Shown piece after piece: positions 35,927-44,220 of a DNA stretch of 64,000 bases. The translations under genes and the position numbers were made by a program. The stretch's first letter is position 1, and every line of letters begins with the position of its first letter. The notes beneath the pieces were generated by a model. It was not told where the DNA came from and ran no database searches. It saw only the letters and a list, made by a program, of their open reading frames with translations. The DNA is from an uncultured Gemmatimonadales bacterium (GTDB taxonomy: Bacteria > Gemmatimonadota > Gemmatimonadetes > Gemmatimonadales > GWC2-71-9): contig CAVOMQ010000001.1 of assembly GCA_963697065.1 (NCBI GenBank), positions 770,518 to 834,517 of the forward strand, read 5' to 3'.

Positions 35927-36036
35927 GCTGGTGCCAGGCCGGTGTTACGCCATAGGTTCATGTTCGATACCGCGGGGTGATCCGCCGCAGAGTAGTTGCC
36001 GTGTGGTCCGGTACAGCAATATCGCCTGGAGGTCAC

Positions 36037-36549
36037 ATGACGGACCCGGTCGCCGACAATTCGTTCCACCGGTACCAGCTGCATGCCGAAGGCGAGATCG
36101 GGCACCTTCGCGACCACGTGACGCGCATGGAGATCAACGGCCTCCGGACGGAAGACGTCTACGCCCTCAACCGCCGTCTCGAAGCGCTGGCCACGGACCT
36201 GGTTTCGATGCAGGCGGCGTTCGACGTGCAGGGTGCCGATCTCGCGGCACAGCAGGCGGCGCTCGACGCCCGGCCAGCGGATCTGGCGGAGAAGCAGGCG
36301 GCGCTCGACGCCCGTGACAGCGAGCTGGCGTCGCAGCGCGCGGCGTTCGACATCCAGGCCGGCGAATTCGCCACACGGCGCGCGGCGTTCGAGATGCAGG
36401 TCCGCGAATTCGCGGCAAAGCGGAGTGCGCTGGAAGCGCAGGCCGCCGATCTCGCCGCCAGGCAGGCGGCGGTCGACGTCCAGGCCGCCGATCTCGCGGC
36501 GCAACTGGCGGCGCTCGACACGCCCGCCGAACAGGGCGAGGTGTATTAG
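36037..36549 (+). CDS. Coiled-coil protein with 7.5 tandem 14-residue repeats
   Basis: GGAGG precedes ATG 36037. Repeats have the form xQAALDAxxxxLAx from aa 58 onward. Confidence 0.75.
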   Translation: MTDPVADNSFHRYQLHAEGEIGHLRDHVTRMEINGLRTEDVYALNRRLEALATDLVSMQAAFDVQGADLAAQQAALDARPADLAEKQAALDARDSELASQRAAFDIQAGEFATRRAAFEMQVREFAAKRSALEAQAADLAARQAAVDVQAADLAAQLAALDTPAEQGEVY

Positions 36550-36558
36550 GAGCCGCCC

Positions 36559-37713
36559 ATGCTCCGCTCGCTGCTGCTCTTTCCGATTTCACTTGCCGTT
36601 GCCGCGTCCGTGGCGGCCCAGGGCATCCCCCGATTCGAGCCGCTCGAACGCGGCGTGTGCGACAATTGCACCGTCACGCTCCAGCTTGTCGCGACCGTCG
36701 GTCACGCGAATGATGCCGAACTGATCGAGGACTACGGCACGCTGCACGCCGTCCCCGGGGGATTCGTCGTGCAGAACATCATGGCGAAGACCCCGCTCCT
36801 GCACTACGACAGCAGCGGACGCTACCTCGGCTTCCTCGGTCGGCTCGGCGGCGGTCCGGGGGAGTATCCCCTGTACATCCAGGCGATCATCTCCGGCCCC
36901 GGCGACTCGGTGACGATCATCGGTCCAGGGCATCTGGCGGTGATCTCGATCGCGACGGGTCGAGGGCGGAGCGGTCCGCTGCCGGTGGGAATTACAGGGT
37001 TCAGCGGCGCGGTACTGGCGAACCGATCGCTGATGCTCAACCTCAATGAGGAAGGGAAGCCCGCGTTCGCGCTGCTCGATCCCGCGGGACGCCTGTTGCG
37101 GGCGTTCGGCGACACCCAGCCGATGGTGATGCTGCCGCATCAGGATGGACGCACCATCCACGACGTCAATGCCACAGAGTACTTCGTCACGCCGTCGCGC
37201 GATGGCGGCGCCTGGATCGCGGCGCACTACTACCGGCACCAAGTGGAGCGCCTGTTACGGCAAGGAACCGTCGTCACATCGTCGACGCGCCGGCCGGCAT
37301 GGTTCCTGCCCTACGCCTACGCCGACATCGACGAAAAGCTCTATCGCCTCGGCGAGTCGCGCGCGCCGAGGCCCACCCAGGCGGTGGGAATGGGACTCGC
37401 CGCCGACGGCAACGTGATGGTGCTCTATCGCGCAGCGGACGCCAATTGGAAGCCCGATCCGAACGCTCCGCCGCCACCCAGACCCGGCATCGAGTATCCA
37501 GTCGACAATCGCGTTCCGACCGGAGGGATGGATCGCTACGTCGACGGCATCCTCGAGGTCTACGACGACGCAACCGGCCGCTTCGTCGGATCGTGGCGTT
37601 CGGACGTCACACCGACGTCGATCACGCCCGGCGGTCTGATCTGCATCCGCAACCAGGACGCCGACGGCATTATTTCGTACCGGGTCTATCGGGTGAAGGT
37701 CAACGGTAGATAG
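36559..37713 (+). CDS. Secreted beta-propeller (6-bladed/NHL-like) protein
   Basis: AGGAG precedes ATG 36559. Signal peptide MLRSLLLFPISLAVAASVAAQG. Repeated blade-like segments. Confidence 0.75.
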   Translation: MLRSLLLFPISLAVAASVAAQGIPRFEPLERGVCDNCTVTLQLVATVGHANDAELIEDYGTLHAVPGGFVVQNIMAKTPLLHYDSSGRYLGFLGRLGGGPGEYPLYIQAIISGPGDSVTIIGPGHLAVISIATGRGRSGPLPVGITGFSGAVLANRSLMLNLNEEGKPAFALLDPAGRLLRAFGDTQPMVMLPHQDGRTIHDVNATEYFVTPSRDGGAWIAAHYYRHQVERLLRQGTVVTSSTRRPAWFLPYAYADIDEKLYRLGESRAPRPTQAVGMGLAADGNVMVLYRAADANWKPDPNAPPPPRPGIEYPVDNRVPTGGMDRYVDGILEVYDDATGRFVGSWRSDVTPTSITPGGLICIRNQDADGIISYRVYRVKVNGR

Positions 37714-37860
37714 CTGCTCGGCCGCCGCCGATTGCCCGCGCGCAGGACCCTGCGTTATTCGGACCGCCTCGGCAGAAATTGGATGAAGGTGATCGGCCAC
37801 GGAGCGCAACATTGCCTGCGTGCACCGTGGTTGCCGTCCCTCGGCCGCCGAGGCCATACT

Positions 37861-38424
37861 GTGGCCATGCCCGTCCCGCAGTATTACACCGCTGAGATGG
37901 TCCGCGCCCTTCCCGACGACGGCAACCGGTACGAGACCGTCCACGGCGAGCTACTGGTGAACCCCGCCCCGCGCGCCACCCACCAGGAGATCGTCAAGCG
38001 ATTGCTCCTGGCGCTGGCAGACTACCTGGGACCGTCCCACCGCGGCGATCTGCTGATGTCACCGGCCGACATCTCGTTCGGACCCGACACGCTGGTCCAA
38101 CCCGACGTCTTCGTCGGCGACCTCGCCGAGGCGCAGCGCACCGGCAAGTGGAGCGATGTCGGCCGTCTCTACCTGGTCATCGAAGTCCTGTCGCCCGGCA
38201 CCGCGCCGGCCGACCGGTTCGTCAAGCGGCGACTCTATCAGCAGGAACGGATCCCGGAGTACTGGATCGTCGACGGTGACACTCAGCAGGTGGAGGTGTG
38301 GACGCCCTCGGATGTCGCGCCGCGCGTCGAGCGCGAGTGCCTGGTCTGGCGGCATCCGTTGCTCGCGGAAAAGTGTACCATCGACATTCCCGCCCTGTTC
38401 AGCCGGACGCTCGGCGGTCACTGA
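37861..38424 (+). CDS. Uma2 (DUF820) endonuclease-fold protein
   Basis: (V)AMPVPQYYTAEMVRALPDDGNRYETVHGELLVNPAP...QPDVFV...LVIEVLSPGT...KRRLYQQERIPEYWIVD. Start is GTG 37861 or ATG 37867. Confidence 0.85.
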   Translation: MAMPVPQYYTAEMVRALPDDGNRYETVHGELLVNPAPRATHQEIVKRLLLALADYLGPSHRGDLLMSPADISFGPDTLVQPDVFVGDLAEAQRTGKWSDVGRLYLVIEVLSPGTAPADRFVKRRLYQQERIPEYWIVDGDTQQVEVWTPSDVAPRVERECLVWRHPLLAEKCTIDIPALFSRTLGGH

Positions 38425-38552
38425 CCGCCCGACGCGCCGTGCCGCGCAATCCGGATGGGCTCAGCGGAAAAAGGATGACAGCGATCGCGCACTGCATGCC
38501 ACATTGGTCGCGTGCACCCGACTTGCCTATCCCCAGCCGCCGAGGCGAACGT

Positions 38553-39104
38553 ATGGCCATGCCGATCCCGCACCACTACACCGCCGAAATGGTCCGCGCC
38601 CTGCCCGATGACGGCAACCGGTACGAAACCGTTCACGGCGAGCTGTTGGTGAGCCCCGCCCCGCGCCCCACCCATCAGCAGATCGTCAAGCGCCTGCTGG
38701 TGGCGCTCGATGGATACCTCACGGCGAACGGTCGCAGCGACGTGCTGATGTCGCCCGCCGACATCTCGTTCGACGCCGACACGCTGGTCCAGCCTGACCT
38801 GTTCGTTGGCGATCTGTCGCGACTCATGCGCACCGGAAAGTGGGCGGACCTCACCACCCTTTACCTGGTCATCGAAGTCCTGTCGCCCGGCACGGCGCGG
38901 GCCGACCGGTTCGTCAAGCGCCGCCTGTATCAACACGAACGGATCCCGGAATACTGGATCGTCGACGGTGACAATCAGCAGGTGGAGGTGTGGACGCCCT
39001 CGGATGTGGCGCCGCGCGTCGAGCGCGATGGGCTGCTATGGCGACATCCATTGCTCGACGCGGCGTGCGAGATCGATCTCGTCACGTTGTTCGCGCGGGG
39101 GTGA
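38553..39104 (+). CDS. Uma2 (DUF820) endonuclease-fold protein (tandem paralog)
   Basis: MAMPIPHHYTAEMVRALPDDGNRYETVHGELLVSPAP... High identity to the 37861..38424 product, including about 110 bp of upstream DNA. Confidence 0.85.
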   Translation: MAMPIPHHYTAEMVRALPDDGNRYETVHGELLVSPAPRPTHQQIVKRLLVALDGYLTANGRSDVLMSPADISFDADTLVQPDLFVGDLSRLMRTGKWADLTTLYLVIEVLSPGTARADRFVKRRLYQHERIPEYWIVDGDNQQVEVWTPSDVAPRVERDGLLWRHPLLDAACEIDLVTLFARG

Positions 39105-39267
39105 GCGTCGGGAAATCGAGGTGCCGCCAGTCCGCCGCGCGGGAGGCCGCTCGCTCCAGTTCGCCGCGCAGGTAGTCGGACAGCGTCATGCCGGCGCGCG
39201 CCGCTCGCGTCTTGAGCAGCTGGTGCAGTCGTACCGGCACGTGGCGGATCTGGATCATCCTGGGCAT
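39082..39267 (-). CDS. Ribbon-helix-helix (FitA/Arc/CopG-like) antitoxin-like protein, orphan
   Basis: MPRMIQIRHVPVRLHQLLKTRAARAGMTLSDYLRGELERAAS matches the RHH beta-alpha-alpha pattern. No toxin ORF lies adjacent. 23-bp convergent overlap with the Uma2 3' end. Confidence 0.55.
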   Translation of the reverse strand: MPRMIQIRHVPVRLHQLLKTRAARAGMTLSDYLRGELERAASRAADWRHLDFPTLTPARTT

Positions 39268-39314
39268 GAGCGCACCATATGCTGCATGTGGAGCACGTGT
39301 CAAGCGGGTGAGTA

Positions 39315-40853
39315 TTGCGACGGCCACGGTGCGCGGGACCAGCGCCCTGGCTGCTCCCTTGTCCCGACTCCTCGCCCGCGCTAGCATCTTCTCGCCCTCC
39401 AGGGCGCGCCCCGTCCGAGGGCAGGGATCGTCCCACCTGGGCTCGATCGCAATCCACATCGACCTCTCTTCAGCCCACTGCAGCCGACGCCGGGGAGCCC
39501 ACGAAAGGGGGAATCATTTCACACACCGGGTCGCTCGACACCGATCCCTACCAGTCGCTGATCCTGGCCGTCAAGTCCAACGACGCGGCAGGAGCGCGTG
39601 CGCTGCTTGCCGCCCATCCGGAACTGCGGAAGCGCCTCGACAACGGCACCGACGAACTCGGCTTCGGCGCCACACCGCTCATCGGCGCGGTGCACCGGAA
39701 GAACCGTGACATGATCGACGCACTGCTCGACGCCGGCGCCGACATCAACGCGAAAAGCGACTGGTGGGCGGGCCCATACACCGTGCTCGACCATGCCGAC
39801 GAAGAGCTGCTGCCGTTCCTGCTCCAACGCGGCGCACGACTCGACGCCTGCTCGGCGGCCCGATTCGGATTGCTCGACCAGCTGGCGCGGATCGTCGCGG
39901 CCGACCCCGCCGCCGTGCACCTCCGCGGCGGCGACGGCAAGACCCCGCTCCACTGGGCAAAGGATGTCCCGACCGCGCGGTTCCTCGTCGAACACGGCGC
40001 CGAGGTCAACGCCCGCGACATCGACCACGAGTCGACGCCGGCGCAGTACCTGATCCGCGAACGCCAGGACGTGGTGCGCTACCTGATCTCCGTCGGCAGC
40101 GAGACCGATATCCTGATCGCGGCGGCCCTGGGCGACATGGCGATGGTACGGAGCATCCTCGACGCCGATCCGGACGCGATCGGGACCGCGGTGAACGAGC
40201 GGTGGTTTCCGATGAAGAATCCGCGGGCTGGCGGCACCACATATATATGGACACTGGGGCAGGGGCAGACGCCGCTCATGGTGGCGCGCGAGTTCGGACA
40301 CGACGACGTGCTGGCGCTGCTGATGGAGCGCAGCCCCGACGACATCAAGCTGGCCCAGGCCTGCCTCCTGGGCGACGAGCAGCTGTTCGAACAGTTTCTC
40401 ACCGGCCGGCGCGAGACGGGCGCGGCGCTCACCCCCGACCTGCAGCAGCAGATCGTGACCGCGGCGATGAACAACAACACCGACGCCGTGCGCCTGATGC
40501 TGCGCGCCGGGTGGCCGGCCGGCGCACGCGGCCCGCACGGCGGCACGCCGCTCCACTGGGCCGCCTGGCACGGCAATGCCGCAATGGCGCGCGAGATCCT
40601 CCGCTACGATCCGCTGGTCGATGCGCGTGACGATACGTACGACGGACCGCCGCTCGGCTGGGCCCTGCACGGCTCCGTCAACAGCTGGTTGCGCAAGAGC
40701 GGCAATCACGCGGCGGTGGTCACCATGCTGCTGAAGGCCGGTGCGAAGCATTGGGGGCTGGACGAGAAGATGTCAGGAAGCGACGCGGCACTCGAGGCGT
40801 ACCGGCAGGGGGTCAGGTCGCGCTCGATGTCGGACGGTGCGCGCGATAGTTGA
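39315..40853 (+). CDS. Ankyrin-repeat protein; start uncertain
   Basis: Several ANK-like units (GATPLIGAVHRKNRDMIDALLDAGADINA; GKTPLHWAKDVPTARFLVEHGAEVNA; GGTPLHWAAWHGNAAMAREIL). The only canonical in-frame start is TTG 39315, which adds about 66 low-complexity residues. Confidence 0.75.
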   Translation: MRRPRCAGPAPWLLPCPDSSPALASSRPPGRAPSEGRDRPTWARSQSTSTSLQPTAADAGEPTKGGIISHTGSLDTDPYQSLILAVKSNDAAGARALLAAHPELRKRLDNGTDELGFGATPLIGAVHRKNRDMIDALLDAGADINAKSDWWAGPYTVLDHADEELLPFLLQRGARLDACSAARFGLLDQLARIVAADPAAVHLRGGDGKTPLHWAKDVPTARFLVEHGAEVNARDIDHESTPAQYLIRERQDVVRYLISVGSETDILIAAALGDMAMVRSILDADPDAIGTAVNERWFPMKNPRAGGTTYIWTLGQGQTPLMVAREFGHDDVLALLMERSPDDIKLAQACLLGDEQLFEQFLTGRRETGAALTPDLQQQIVTAAMNNNTDAVRLMLRAGWPAGARGPHGGTPLHWAAWHGNAAMAREILRYDPLVDARDDTYDGPPLGWALHGSVNSWLRKSGNHAAVVTMLLKAGAKHWGLDEKMSGSDAALEAYRQGVRSRSMSDGARDS

Positions 40854-41058
40854 GCGCCACCGCCTCGACCAACAGCGCCACCTCCAGGAGATCGCCTCCG
40901 ATGCTCCGGGGCCAGAAATCGCCGGCGAGCATCGCCGCTCCGACCAGGATCATCGCGATGCCGGTCAGCCACAACCGGTCGCCGGCGCGGCGCAGCCTGA
41001 TCGAAGCATCAGTCAGCGCGATCAACGCGAGGATCAGGACCACGAGCTTCACCGGCAT
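40813..41058 (-). CDS. Small (81 aa) membrane protein
   Basis: GAGGAA 4 nt upstream of ATG 41058. MPVKLVVLILALIALTD... plus a second hydrophobic helix. 41-bp convergent overlap with the ankyrin gene. Confidence 0.55.
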   Translation of the reverse strand: MPVKLVVLILALIALTDASIRLRRAGDRLWLTGIAMILVGAAMLAGDFWPRSIGGDLLEVALLVEAVALNYRAHRPTSSAT

Positions 41059-41102
41059 CGGTTCCTCACGCTGTAGAGACATTGCTGCTCGCGGCAATCT
41101 GG

Positions 41103-41486
41103 TCAGCCGGAGGTGGCCTGTCCAGCATCCACCGACTCCGCGGTCGACATCACCGACCCGGCGGTCGCTGACACCAGCTCCGCGGCTGGCCGCAGCACGT
41201 CAGCGGTGACTGTCACGTTCCCCACGGGCCCGTTCACCGGTTCCGCGGCCTGTCGCACAAACCCAGCCGCCTTCCCCACCGACGCCGCTGCCTGACAGCG
41301 CGGCCGCGCGGCCGCCTGCACGACCCAGGCGGCCGCTCACCGCGCCTCGGCGGTCGCCTGAACCGGCCCCGCGGCCGTCGATACCGCCCTGGCTGTCGCC
41401 AGCAGCCAGCGCGCGGTCGCTGCCAGGGGTCGAGCGGCTGCCGCGAAGCGTCGCGCGGCGGTCATCACCCTCGTTGCGGACAACAT
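41103..41486 (-). other. Ala/Val-rich heptad-repeat ORF (about 20 heptads) interrupted by one in-frame TGA at 41337-41339
   Basis: Same frame on both sides of the TGA. Heptads xx(A/T)Axx(V/L): MLSATRV MTAARRF AAAARPL AATARWL LATARAV STAAGPV QATAEAR * AAAWVV QAAARPR CQAAASV GKAAGFV RQAAEPV ... The strand assignment is not certain. Confidence 0.3.
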
Positions 41487-41552
41487 CAGCGGCTCTGCGC
41501 ACGCCGACAGCGCCGTGTCGCACGCGGCCCCCGGCCCCGTGGACCCGCCGAT

Positions 41553-41592
41553 TGTCCTGATTTCAGGACACCACTGTCCCATACGAAGGACA
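41553..41592. promoter_or_regulatory. Two phased palindromes (candidate enhancer-binding-protein sites)
   Basis: TGTCCTGA-TT-TCAGGACA (41553-41570) and TGTCC-CATACGAA-GGACA (41575-41592). Centres are 22 bp apart, about 150-180 bp upstream of the sigma54-like promoter. Confidence 0.5.
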
Positions 41593-41733
41593 CCGGCACG
41601 ATCGGAAGTGTCCCGGGCAGGATTCCGGTGCTCGCGGACGGCGCGGAAGTGGTCCGGGCATCGCGCTGCCCTGCAACGAGTTGCACGCTGTGCACCGAGC
41701 CGAGCGGGTGCAAATCGTCACTTCCCCCATTTC

Positions 41734-41749
41734 TGGCACGCCGCTCGCA
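41734..41749 (+). promoter_or_regulatory. Sigma54 (-24/-12) promoter candidate
   Basis: TGGCACGCCGCTCGCA versus consensus TGGCACG-N4-TTGCW: 1 mismatch with correct GG/GC spacing. About 110 nt upstream of ATG 41860. Confidence 0.6.
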
Positions 41750-41859
41750 TCCCGTCCCGCTCGACCGTCCCGATTCCGGGCGGCGCTTCGACCCGTCACG
41801 GGAGCACCACTCATTCAAGCGGCCGCGCGCCGCAACCCCGAAAGGGGCAGGGAGGAACG

Positions 41860-42594
41860 ATGAAAGCGTCAACACGCAGGCGTATGTCGATGGCGATCCG
41901 CGCCCTCCACTTCTGTCAGGCGCAGCCATCCGACGACAGCGGCTACCAGTCGCTGGTGTCGTCACTGCAGACCCAGCTGGACCAGCTCGGTCCGCTGGTG
42001 TCGCAGCAGCAACAGGGCATTTCGGACGAACACAGCATCCGGATGCAGCGCGAAGGGCTGCGCGTCGGGATCACCCAGCGGCTCCGTCACCTGGCGCGGG
42101 TGGGCAGCCTGCTCCCCGACAGCACGGCGACGCCGGCGGCCGCGTTCCGGAGGGCGCCGTTCCGGATGCCATATCCGGAATTCACCCCGCTCGCCAAGTC
42201 GATGCTGGCTCTCGCCACCGCCAACAAGGATGCGCTCGTTCCGCTTGGCCTGGGCGCCACGTTCGTCGACGACCTCACCGCGTCGGTCGCCGCGCTCGAC
42301 GCCGCGACCGAGGCGGCAAACCTGGCCCGGGCAAAGCATGTCGGCGCCGGCGCCGAGCTCGACGTGGCGACGGAGAAGGCCGTCGAAACGGTGCGCATCA
42401 TCGACGGCTTCAACCGCAACCGGTTCAAGGACGACGCCGAACAGCTGGCGGCGTGGGAGAGCGCCATCAGCATCGGCACGCCGTCGCGCCATCCGGCGAC
42501 ACCGGTGCCGGTGCCCGGCCCGGAACCCATTCCGGCACCCGCCCCGCAACCGGTGACGGGCGCGAGTGACGCGCCGGTGGAAAAGGCCGCCTGA
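41860..42594 (+). CDS. Hypothetical helical protein with Pro-rich C-terminus
   Basis: GGGAGGA 5 nt upstream of ATG 41860. GC3-rich frame. The upstream part of ORF 41515..42594 covers the regulatory region and is not coding. Confidence 0.8.
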   Translation: MKASTRRRMSMAIRALHFCQAQPSDDSGYQSLVSSLQTQLDQLGPLVSQQQQGISDEHSIRMQREGLRVGITQRLRHLARVGSLLPDSTATPAAAFRRAPFRMPYPEFTPLAKSMLALATANKDALVPLGLGATFVDDLTASVAALDAATEAANLARAKHVGAGAELDVATEKAVETVRIIDGFNRNRFKDDAEQLAAWESAISIGTPSRHPATPVPVPGPEPIPAPAPQPVTGASDAPVEKAA

Positions 42595-42673
42595 CGCGGG
42601 AACCGCAGCGGGAGCGGATGCAGCCGGTCCGCTCCCGTTGTGGTGCCGCATCCATCGAAAGGAGGGTGACGTC

Positions 42674-43501
42674 ATGACGAGCAGTGCCACACCGCGCGGG
42701 CGCACGGCGATCTTCGCCCTGACTGCGCTGATGCTGATCGGATGCTGGGCGGTGGTGATGTACTTCGGGATGTTCCGCTGGACACTGGTCGACGCCGAGC
42801 GCGGACTCGGTGCCGTGGTCCTGACGGTGGCGACAGTGGCGGCGCTGCTCTGGTGCGCCAACGAGTGCGGACTGATTACGCTGTCGTCGACGGTGAGCAA
42901 GGGGGTGTGGACCGGATTCATTTCGGTGGTGCTGGTGGGTGCCGGCGACCGGATCGCCACGATGCTCAAGCCGCCGCCGGCGGTGCTGACCCCGGCCACC
43001 GGCCACGCGCCGCGCACCATGTTGCCGCCGGCGCCGGACAGCGTGTCGCGGAGCGCCATCGCGAAGGGGCAGGTGCCCACCAACGTCGTCCAATGTTACG
43101 CCACCGCGGTCGATTCGGTCTTTGCCAGGATCCTCGGCGACTTGCCGAACAGCCAGGACGAGAAGCAGTTCGCGCAGCAGCTCGCCACCAGCGGGCTCAG
43201 GCTGCGTGACGTGGTGCGCCAGGAGCTGATGAGCGACGAATACTACGACCGTTTCGTGGCCGACAGTGCGCCACGCACGGTGACGCTGCGGCTCTACCGC
43301 ACCATCCTGGGGCGCACTGATCCGCCGAGCGAGGCGGAGCTGCAGGGACACCTGGAGAAGTACGCCGTGTGGGACAAGCGGACGGCATTCAACGTCGACG
43401 CCGCGGAGTTCGTCGGGTCACGAGAGTACATGCAGAACGTCGGAGCGGGGGGAGTGCCGGGGATCGTCGTGATGCCGAGCGTGTGTGGGGATCGGCGGTA
43501 A
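42674..43501 (+). CDS. Membrane protein with C-terminal DUF4214-like domain
   Basis: AGGAGG precedes ATG 42674. 3-4 TM helices, then LYRTILGRTDPPSEAELQGHLEKY (DUF4214-like). Confidence 0.8.
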   Translation: MTSSATPRGRTAIFALTALMLIGCWAVVMYFGMFRWTLVDAERGLGAVVLTVATVAALLWCANECGLITLSSTVSKGVWTGFISVVLVGAGDRIATMLKPPPAVLTPATGHAPRTMLPPAPDSVSRSAIAKGQVPTNVVQCYATAVDSVFARILGDLPNSQDEKQFAQQLATSGLRLRDVVRQELMSDEYYDRFVADSAPRTVTLRLYRTILGRTDPPSEAELQGHLEKYAVWDKRTAFNVDAAEFVGSREYMQNVGAGGVPGIVVMPSVCGDRR

Positions 43502-43594
43502 CCGGGACCGCGTAACCTGCCCGCGTGGATCAGCTCACTTGCCGTTCCGCGTCCTGGATCTATCTATTTCGACTGACCCCGTCCGGAGAGTGTC

Positions 43595-44110
43595 ATGCCG
43601 TTCCTGCACATCGTCGCGGTTCTCACCCTGAGCCACCCGGCACCGGGCCGCGCAGCCGCACCGCGACCCGCCGCGATGCCCGATCCCGTCAATGCCTGCT
43701 CGCTCCTCACCGCGGCCGAAGTGAGTTCGGTCATCGGCATCAAGAGCCTCCCGGGTCAGAATCCGCCACCACCGTTCAAGGGGGGCGATTCCATTACCGC
43801 CATGTGCACGTTCGCCGCGACACCCGACGCCGGTATGGGCGATCCCAAGGTACTGATCACGGTGCTCTCGCCGAACGCCGCAACGTTCAACGACGCCATG
43901 ACCCTTCCCGGCGCCACCCGCACACCGGTTCCCGGAATCGGCGACAAGGCGGTGTTCGTGACGTTCAAGGCGCCCGGCGCGGTGCCGTATCTCGCTGTCC
44001 GCAAGGGCGATGGCGCGTTCGAAATCCGCGTCAGCGGCGCGAAATCGTCGCTGACGCAGAAGCAGGCCATGGAAACGGCGCTGGCGAAAATCGCGGTGGG
44101 TCGGTTGTGA
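43595..44110 (+). CDS. Hypothetical secreted protein (DUF3558-like pattern)
   Basis: GGAGAG precedes ATG 43595. DPVNACSLLTAAEVSSVIG motif. Confidence 0.7.
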   Translation: MPFLHIVAVLTLSHPAPGRAAAPRPAAMPDPVNACSLLTAAEVSSVIGIKSLPGQNPPPPFKGGDSITAMCTFAATPDAGMGDPKVLITVLSPNAATFNDAMTLPGATRTPVPGIGDKAVFVTFKAPGAVPYLAVRKGDGAFEIRVSGAKSSLTQKQAMETALAKIAVGRL

Positions 44111-44184
44111 CCGAAGCGTCTCGTCGCTGAGGTGACCCGCGGCTCCGCGCCGCTCGGCGGTAGCGCATGCCGAGCCACGCGTGC

Positions 44185-44209
44185 GGGGCCATGGGCCATG
44201 GGCTCAGGG
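44185..44209 (+). repeat. GGGNNNN heptad array (4 G-tracts, canonical G3N4 quadruplex motif)
   Basis: GGGGCCATGGGCCATGGGCTCAGGG between convergent genes (stops at 44110 and 44221). Confidence 0.85.
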
Positions 44210-44220
44210 CGCTTCTACAC

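Noticed and set aside
39315-40853. Ankyrin-repeat gene as a horizontally acquired, eukaryote-like effector
   Set aside because: Codon and GC pattern is indistinguishable by eye from the neighbouring genes. There is no secretion signal and no mobile-element context. The claim cannot be supported from sequence alone.
41337-41339. Selenocysteine recoding at the in-frame TGA of the heptad ORF
   Set aside because: I saw no SECIS-like hairpin immediately downstream, no sel genes in the window, and the residue context (Ala-rich coiled coil) is not redox-like. The idea is kept only as something to exclude.
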